A program made the translations under genes and the position numbers. From contig OX597822.1 of NCBI GenBank assembly GCA_951406725.2, positions 71,920,001 to 71,984,000 on the forward strand: a stretch of DNA of 64,000 nt, given 5' to 3'. Source of the DNA: Octopus vulgaris. Its lineage: Eukaryota. Of this stretch, positions 56,178 through 64,000 are shown in pieces (positions within the stretch are counted from its first letter, which is position 1; each line of letters starts with the position of its first letter). Under the pieces are notes generated by a model that saw only the letters and a list, made by a program, of their open reading frames with translations, had not been told where the DNA came from and did no database searches.

Positions 56178-57181
56178 CTGTGGTTCTCAACCATTTCTGT
56201 TTATGGACCCCTTTTGCAATCCTGTTTTTCTCTACTGGACCCCTGAGTTAAAAAAAAATCATATTATACTTTTATCTGTCATAATGAAAGCAAAATGCTG
56301 TCTGTCCATCCGGGAACCCTGAATCTCAGCCTACATTTGCTCCAGATAGACATATTATACCTTTTGGAATCAGGATGATCGTGGGATTGAAAATCTGCTC
56401 CTCATTTGATTCTTGAATATCAGCCTTAGGATCTGATTTAAAGGCATTTGGATTGCTATTTCTAGCAGGCAAAGCTTGGCTGGTTCATGACATCTTGGTT
56501 GGCATTTGTCAGATGACGCCAGAGATCAAGGGAGAGATAAATGACATTTGCTTCGTTAATTTTATGCCGAGATTAGAACTTTGGGACAACTTGGCCAATA
56601 GCTGGAATTCAACTTGGGACTGGAACAATAGAATGATTACATTATAGAATTAATTCTCATCCGTCCTTAACCTCTGATCAAACACCACCAGGGCATATAG
56701 TCTTTATAGATGTATTATATTCATGCTATTTCGTTCTCTTTAGTTTTGGGCCATAGGCCTAATTAGCCCTCTACAGGAGCTCTCTTTACTCTTTTACTTG
56801 TTTCAGTCATTTGACTGCAGCCATGCTGGAGCACCGCCTTTAGTCGAGCAAATCAACCCCAGGACTTATTCTTTTGCTGAACCGGTAAGTTACAGAGATG
56901 CAAACACACCAGCATCGGTTGTCAAGCAATGTTGCGGGGACAAACACAGACACACACACATATACATATATACGATGGGCTTCTTTCAATTTCCGTCTAC
57001 CAAATCCATTCACAAGGCTTTGGTCGATCTGAGGCTATAGTAGAAGATACTTGCCCAAGGTGCAATGCAGTGGACTGAACCTGGAACCATGTGGTTGGTA
57101 AGCAAGCTACTTACGACACAGCCACTCCTGCGATAAATTTTAACAACAAAATCTTATATGGACCCTGGTTGAGAATCACAG
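56178..57181. mobile_element. hAT/Charlie-like MITE with nested SINE A (56783-57132, minus)
   Basis: CTGTGGTTCTCAACC / GGTTGAGAATCACAG termini; imperfect 8-bp TSD ATCTAACC/CTCTAATC. Confidence 0.75.
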
Positions 57182-58842
57182 CTCTAATCCATGCTAGCAT
57201 AGAAAAACAGATGTAAAACAAATGAATAAACAATATATACTAGCATGACCAAGTTATCTGAAATTATTAAACATTAACATTGGTTGTTCCTTCATTCTGA
57301 TCTTCCTTTTTAAAGTTGAAAGGATGCGTGATTTAGAGGGAAATTTGATGGCTGATTATTTCTAGTCTGAGTAAACCTATTGTGAAACCCTTCAATGCCT
57401 CTTTGTGTGTATCAAGGACTAAATTTTTTATTTTCAAGGAAGTAGAATGTGTTTTATGAAATCTCTGGCTGCTGGTTTTAGCAGGTCAATCTAATGCAGT
57501 GAGGCTCTGATAGTTTTTGTTGTCTAGCCCTCAGTTAAGTCTAATTCACTAAACCTATTATACAAGGCTCTCTAAGTTGGGACCATCCTGTCCATTTGTG
57601 TATCAGGGACTATACTGTCCAAGGCTGTAGTATGTGATTTGAAGGAGATTTGGCAGTTGTTTTTAACAGTTTGGATAACCACTTAATGGTTCTTTCATTT
57701 GCTACTGTTTTACGCTAAAATTTGATTCGATGGAATAGAACTATGAAAGTAGTGATTGGACTGGATTTCTGTCAGCTACAGCAGTAAAAGTTACTGTTAA
57801 TCTGATCAACCAAAGAGAAATTAATGTGCATGTGGCTGGCTGAGCACTCCACAGACACGTGTACCCCTAATGGAGTTCTCAGGGAGATTCATCATGACAC
57901 AGAGAGTGACAAGGCTGGCTCTTTGAATTATTGGTACAACTTATTTTTACCAGCTGAATACACTGGAGCAATGATAAATAAAGTATCTTGCTCAAGGACA
58001 CAGTACACCACTGGGAATCGAACCCACAACCTTATTATCAAGAGCTGAATATCCCTGGCTACTACAGAAAGTATTCTGAATATGTTGAAGGATCACAAAC
58101 ATTAATTCTATGCATATCAGGTTTCGGATTTGTTCTTGTTTTGGTGAATAAAGGTATATTTCATTGGTTGCATGAATAATCGAAGCAAAACCCATGAACG
58201 TTTAACTAAAATATTTATTGTTGCACATAAAAACAAACTTGACCATTTACAACAGAAATAGCAACAGAGATAGCCAAAAATTAGCAACAGCAGTAATTAC
58301 AGATTGGGAGAGAAAGGAAAAATGCACTGTGTTCAAAGAAGTCACTTGTGAGACATAGAATAAATGTTCAGTTTGGTTTCTCCAAGAATCGGACAAATAT
58401 CTGGAGCCATCAGATGACAAGAATGGAGGCGCATATCTCTCAGACGACACCTTTCAATATTCTGCTTGGCAAGAGGTGAGACATGTAAAAGAGTCGGCCA
58501 CTCTCAATGCTCTGCAAGGGCCGTCTGTCTGGCAGGAATGGAGACACATGGCACTCAGCTGACTCAACATTCTGCAATGAATTTAGTACCAAAACGGTTT
58601 TTTTACAGGGCACAAGAAGAATATTCTAGAAGATTGTATCGCACTATAGCTTGATGCTGATTGGTGGCTTAACGGAGTGATCACGTGAAATTATTGAAGT
58701 TCAGTTGTGGTGTCTGACCTGTTACCCGTTAGTTTGGGTTCAAATCACTGCTAGTTTCTTTATCAACTTTTGTCTGTATTTTTAATTATATTTTCTTGTG
58801 TTTTAATGTCTTTCAATTTAATTTAAACTACCAGACATTTCA

Positions 58843-59025
58843 CAAATAATTTGCAGAAAAATTTACTAACAACAAACCAGACAGAATATTTTTCACATGT
58901 AAACACCATAGATAGCACTTGTCTTTTGTAACAAGTTGTGGATTTTGTTTCTTTTTCGTAAGAGTATTATCTTTATAATTTGCTTCACCATTTGAGTAAA
59001 TATCCATAATTTTCTGTTCATTCAT
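58843..59025 (-). CDS. Candidate first coding exon of an unidentified small gene
   Basis: Non-repetitive 61-codon ORF MNEQKIMDIY... just downstream of a CpG-retaining promoter-like stretch. Weak donor GTGAAA; no homology recognised. Confidence 0.2.
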
Positions 59026-59904
59026 AATGGATTTACAAAAGACAACTTGAAAGTATGAAATGTTTACAAAATATTAGTAAACGTAAACAAACAACACCAT
59101 GCACCAGGAAATTACACAGCCTACGGCCGAAAATGACGTAGTTACATGAAGCGGTGGGATCCTAATTATAAAAGTGTTTAAAAAGATGATAAAAAAAACA
59201 CTTTAAAAAAGGATTGAAATGTTTTCCGGCAAATTCATCTCAAAAACATCAAGCCTTTATTATCAAGGGAGAATACTCTTGTTCATACTAAATATGTATC
59301 TGTGTAGCTTTATTTAACGATTTAAATAAAAAATTTTCCAATTTCGATCAATATTAATTCATCGTCGTCACACTCCTCCTCCTCCTCCTCCTCCTCATCA
59401 TCATCATCATTGTTGTTGTTGTTGTTTGTGTATATTGTGTGGAGTGGTGCCGTGAAGAAGGCTGGAGAGTACATCAGCCAAAACGTTGTGTTAGCAACAA
59501 ACAAGATGATGACAAATATCTGTCAAATGTAAATAATGTAAATAATATTCCTTTTTTCTTTTTCTTTTTCTTTTTCCTTTCTTCTATCATGTTTATGCTA
59601 TAAGGGCGTTGAGCTGCCAGAATTGTTAGCATGCCGGACAAAATGCTTAACGGCATTTCGTCCGTCGGAGTTCAAATACTGGTGAGGCCGACTTTGCCTT
59701 TCGCCTCCCGGCATCGATAAAATAAGTACCAGTTGAGCACAGGTGTCGATGTAATCGACTTCACCATCCACCCCACCCCGAAATTGCTGGCCTTGTGCCA
59801 GAAGTGGAAATCAATATTAAAATGCACTGCCCCAGCATGGCCACAGCTCGTGAGCTGAAACTAGATAAAATATAAAAATAAAATATATAATATAGTTCTT
59901 TAAT

Positions 59905-60280
59905 TTATTTCAGTCATCTGACTGCGGCTATGCTGGAGCACCGCGTTTAGTCGAGCAAATCGACACCAGGACTTATTCTTTGTAAGCCTAGTACTTATTC
60001 TATCGGTTCTCTTTTGCCGAACCGCTAGCTTTCGGGGACGTAAACACGCCAACATCGGTTGTCAAGCGACGTAGGGGGAACAAATGCAGGCACACAAACA
60101 TACACACGCATATATATACGACGGGCTTCTTTCAGTTTCCGTCTACCAAATCCACTCACAAGGCTTTGATCGGCCCGAGGCTATAGTAGAAGACACTTAC
60201 CCAAGGTGCCACGCAGTGGGACTGAACCCGGAACCATGTGGTTGGTAAGCAAGCTACTTACCACACATCTACTCCTGCGC
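59905..60280 (-). mobile_element. SINE family A, full length (CpGs intact)
   Basis: Complete match to family A. Confidence 0.9.
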
Positions 60281-60544
60281 ATTTTGTATAAGTCATTTAT
60301 TACTGTTTTTTATTTCTTGCTTTTGTTTTTGGTATGCAAAGTTCTTGGTGTGAATTCGTGTGTTGAAGGCCATTACACCAATAGAAAAAAACACACGCAC
60401 CAGTGTAATTGTTATTATTATTGCGTATGATGACCTTCCAAGACAGAACAAGAGTTATCTATTATCTTATTTTATTCATTTTTATCATGTGCAGTTTTGA
60501 TGTCAAATATGTGGTCAGGAACGAATGGTGAAATAAGTGGGTAA

Positions 60545-60565
60545 ATAGACAGACAGACAGGTAAG

Positions 60566-60606
<41 letters not shown>

Positions 60607-60908
60607 GTAGCTAGCTAGATAGACAGACAGGTATGTATGTATGTATGAATGTATGTATGTATGTATGTATGTATGTATGTATGTATGTATGTATGTATGT
60701 AGGTAGGTAGGTTGATAGAAAGGTAGGCAGGCAGGCAGGCAGGTAGGTAGGTAGATAGGTAGGTAGGTAGGTAGGTAGGTAGGTAGGTAGGTAGGTAGGT
60801 AGGTAGGTAGGTACGTAGATAGATAGATAGAGAGAGATAGATAGATAGGTAGCTAGCTAGCTAGACAGACAGGTAAGTAGGTAGACAGGCAGAAGGTAGC
60901 TAGCTAGC

Positions 60909-60978
<70 letters not shown>
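60545..60978. repeat. Compound (GATA)/(GA)/(GTAT)/(GGTA) microsatellite
   Basis: Directly visible. Confidence 0.95.
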
Positions 60979-60981
<3 letters not shown>

Positions 60982-61237
60982 ATGTACGTATGCATAGATG
61001 TATGAATAAGCGCATGTATGCGTCGGTCACACACTACTAATATTTCAAATTTTGCCAGACGTCTAGCAAGAATTGGGAGCATAGATTACAATACTTAACT
61101 GGTACTTTAGTTTATCAACTTCTGAGATGACGAAAGGCAGAGGTAACCTCGATAGGATTAGAGGTCAAATTGACCTTCCATCTCTTCGACGCTCGTTAAA
61201 ATAACGGTACTAGTTACAAAGTAAGAATCCTTCAGAT

Positions 61238-61360
61238 GATGCTTGGCTGTTCCAACGCCTTAGCTTCGCCATCGCCCGTGGTAATGCCGCATATTAGCTC
61301 TCTTCAGCGGGTTCCGTTAAACCTTGTGGCGTGCGACCAATTGAGGCACTTGGTACTGAA
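61238..61360 (+). mobile_element. CRE-like RLE retroelement extreme 3' end
   Basis: DAWLFQRLSFAIARGNAA matches the C-terminus of 61995-62380. Confidence 0.65.
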
Positions 61361-61395
61361 TTGATGCTAACTTTCTCACTTCCTTTTTCAAAATA

Positions 61396-61615
61396 CAGTT
61401 CTGTATTTGAGAGATGAGGAATTATGTACGTTATTTACATTATTTACATTATCTACATTTGACGGATATTTGTCTTCATCTTGTTTGTTGTTAACACAAC
61501 GTTTCGGCTGATATACCCTCCAAGCCTTCTTCAGGTGTCCTGGGGAAATTTCGAATTTGGGTTCTCATTCTTAAGGTTTTTTCTTTTTTTTTTCGATGTT
61601 ATTATTATTATTATC

Positions 61616-61646
<31 letters not shown>

Positions 61647-61710
61647 TCACCGCCTGGAATCGAACTCGGAATCTTGGGGTTAGTAGCCCGCGCTCTTAAC
61701 CACTACGCCA
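61396..61710 (-). mobile_element. tRNA-headed short element carrying a hammerhead ribozyme (full copy)
   Basis: Minus strand TGGCGTAGTGG (box A), GAGTTCGATTCC (box B), (AAT)n, hammerhead, and an AT-rich tail ending AAATACAGAACTG. Confidence 0.85.
61493..61539 (-). ncRNA. Minimal type I hammerhead ribozyme, core intact
   Basis: GACAC-CTGAAGA-A-GGCT(loop)AGCC-GAAA-CG-TT-GTGTT; stem III reduced to the palindrome ACGT. Confidence 0.72.
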
Positions 61711-61718
61711 GACAGTAA

Positions 61719-61768
<50 letters not shown>

Positions 61769-61903
61769 GCAACAACAACAACAATATCGAAAAAATACCT
61801 TAGGAATGAAATACTTAGGTTCGAAATTTCCCCAGGACACCTGATGAAGGATGGAGAGTACATCAGCCAAAACGTTGTGTTAGCAACAAACAAGATGAGG
61901 ACA
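61711..61903 (+). mobile_element. Inverted, head-truncated second copy of the hammerhead element
   Basis: Abuts the minus copy head-to-head. CTGATGA at 61841-61847; GAAA changed to AAAA. Confidence 0.85.
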
Positions 61904-61904
61904 T

Positions 61905-62380
61905 GCGCGCTGAAAACTTCCAAAATAGCGTCACTACACCCACAAAACAATTCACCATCTTAGGTGGAAAATTTGGGGTCGCTGATAAACTTCTCTAAAA
62001 GCTATTGAGGCACGCCAGCACGTTTGCAGCGTTGCTGCGGGTGATGGCGAGGCTGATGCGCTGGAACAGCCAAGCATTCTCATGAGCCTCACCAGTTACC
62101 TCTGCAAGGCGAGTTGCCAGTGAAGACAGGAATCTCGCAGTTAGTGACCCGAACCCACCAAACGTCTCGAACGCCACAGGATGGAAAATGTAATTGGCAG
62201 ACAAATCGCGGTATTTCAGGATTTTGATCCCCTCGGCCGCAGAAGCAGTGGATCTCGCCCTGACCCCAGGACCCAGGATGTGAAAAGAACCAAAGGAGTC
62301 GCTAACTGTGACATACCAGACAAAGCATCTGCCTCGCGACCAGGAGCAAAGGGCGAGGCTGTCAGGTCTTTTCCCATCAC
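61905..62380 (-). mobile_element. CRE-like non-LTR retrotransposon RLE domain and 3' UTR
   Basis: DGKRPDSL...W..GR..VW.VTV.D...A..AE..K..KY......FHPVAFETFG...FL..LA.RL..VTGE...AWLFQRISLAI.R.NA..VL. Confidence 0.85.
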
Positions 62381-63000
62381 ATACGAAGTAAAAACAGAAG
62401 CAACGGGAATTCGAGCGCGAGACAAATATTTTAACTGCAACGCAATTGCAGATCAAGTCTCATACCATATATTTTACCTATAATTTTTAGCGTTTAATTA
62501 TGCTTTAAGCTTGTATTAAATAACTTTTCCGTTGTATTCACGTATCGTTTTGAGTTAAATAATAAAAAGAAAGAGAAGCGAGGTTTATTTTTACTACATT
62601 AACTGTTATCTCCCTTGGATTATAAAAATTTAGGTTGATGCGAAAAAGGGAGATAATTCTTTCAAGCCTGGTGTTCCTTTAGAGAAAAATATCATTTATC
62701 CTTTACTTTTTTTTATAATTTAACTACGGCCATGCTGGGGCACCGCCTTGAAGGGATTTACTCGAACAAATCCATCCCAGTTCTTATGTTTTTTATTTTC
62801 ATTTTTCAAGTCTGACATTTATACTATCGGTTAATTTTGCCTAACTGGTAGCTTATGTGGACATAAACAAACCAACATCTGTTGTCAAGTGATAGTAGTG
62901 GGCCAACACACAGACACACATGTATGTATGTATGTATGTATGTATGTATGTATGTATGTATGTATATATATCTATCTATATATCTATCTATCTATCTATC

Positions 63001-63032
<32 letters not shown>

Positions 63033-63194
63033 GTATTATTATATTACCTATTGATTTATATAATATTTTGTTTGCTTTTGATGTTCTCATTTGTAAAATG
63101 AATAAATAATGTAACATTGTAATATCCGTAAGTTGATGAACAAACTGAATTTGTTTTTCCATTTTCTTATTTGTATTATATATATATATTAATA

Positions 63195-63468
63195 CAGTTC
63201 TATATGCCCACTGGCATATGACGTAGTGATTAAGAGTGTGGGCTACTAACCACAAGATTACGAGTTCGATTCCAGGTAGTGACCTGAATAATAATAAAAA
63301 GAAGAAGAAGAAGGACAACAACAAAATTGAAAAATACCTCAGAAATGAGAACCCAAGTTCGAAATTTCCCCAAGGCACCTGATGAAGGCTGGAGGGTGTA
63401 TCAGCCGGAACGTGTTAACAACAAACAAGATGAGGACAAATATCCGTTAAATGAAAATAATGCATATA
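63195..63468 (+). mobile_element. tRNA-headed hammerhead element, further copy
   Basis: 5' hairpin ATATGCC-CACT-GGCATAT, boxes A/B, CTGATGA at 63379-63385, stem II GGCTG/CAGCC; GAAA mutated to GGAA. Confidence 0.85.
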
Positions 63469-64000
63469 TATATATTAATATTTATATTTTCACTTAGGCA
63501 TGGCAAGACTAACAACCTGGAGTAGAACTCAATATACGTTTCAGAACAAAGTGTTTGATGAGTCTAGAACAGTAATATGAAAAAGAGATAACACAGGAAA
63601 ACAATGTTTATGTTATGAACTTCATTAGCTTACAGCTGTTTCTGCTATAAGATGTGGTGGACTCGTAGTTGAGTGCCTGTGTCATGTCTTTTTCTTATAC
63701 ATACATTCATACATACATACATATATATGTATGTATGTATGTATCAAGGCTGTATCATGCGCGGGGACATAGAAATAATCGGACTGAATACCTGATCGCA
63801 CAGTTAAACCATTGGGAGTGAAGGACTCCTAGTCTTTGTTAGGGCATTCTTCTAGGAGAAGGTAACTCAGTTAACTGGGATAACTCCAACATAAAACCTG
63901 CGGCTTAGTGGTTACCGATGATGTTGACTTGTTCTTCTTTTCGGATTATGGCTGCTGTTGCTTAGTGAGTGGGATTGACTCAGTGCACAGCCTTTCCTCA

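Overview
Repeat-saturated eukaryotic DNA, very probably a cephalopod (Octopus-like) locus, judged from the tRNA-headed SINE families, RTE LINEs and extreme (TA)n/(CA)n/(ATAC)n/(GATA)n load. I can support no intact host protein-coding gene; nearly all listed ORFs are microsatellite artefacts. The recognisable coding remnants are all from transposable elements: a HERO-type restriction-like-endonuclease (RLE) retroelement split by a Tx1/L1-like LINE, several RTE LINEs, two CRE-like RLE ends, a Penelope RT remnant, Merlin and hAT transposase fragments, and a short LTR with a PBS. There are also MITEs with clean TSDs and a Helitron. Four signals stand out. (1) Several independent families of minimal type I hammerhead ribozymes with palindromic stem III, one pair showing covariation. 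(2) A tRNA-headed (Pol III box A/B) short element carrying such a hammerhead, i.e. a SINE/retrozyme hybrid that also occurs as an inverted pair. (3) A SINE tail matching the 3' end of the Tx1-like LINE. (4) A ~40-58 kb domain where SINE CpGs have decayed much more than outside, bounded by a recurrent AAGGGAGANNACTCT motif, suggesting a hidden methylated transcription unit. All alignments and counts were done by eye; no database searches were run.
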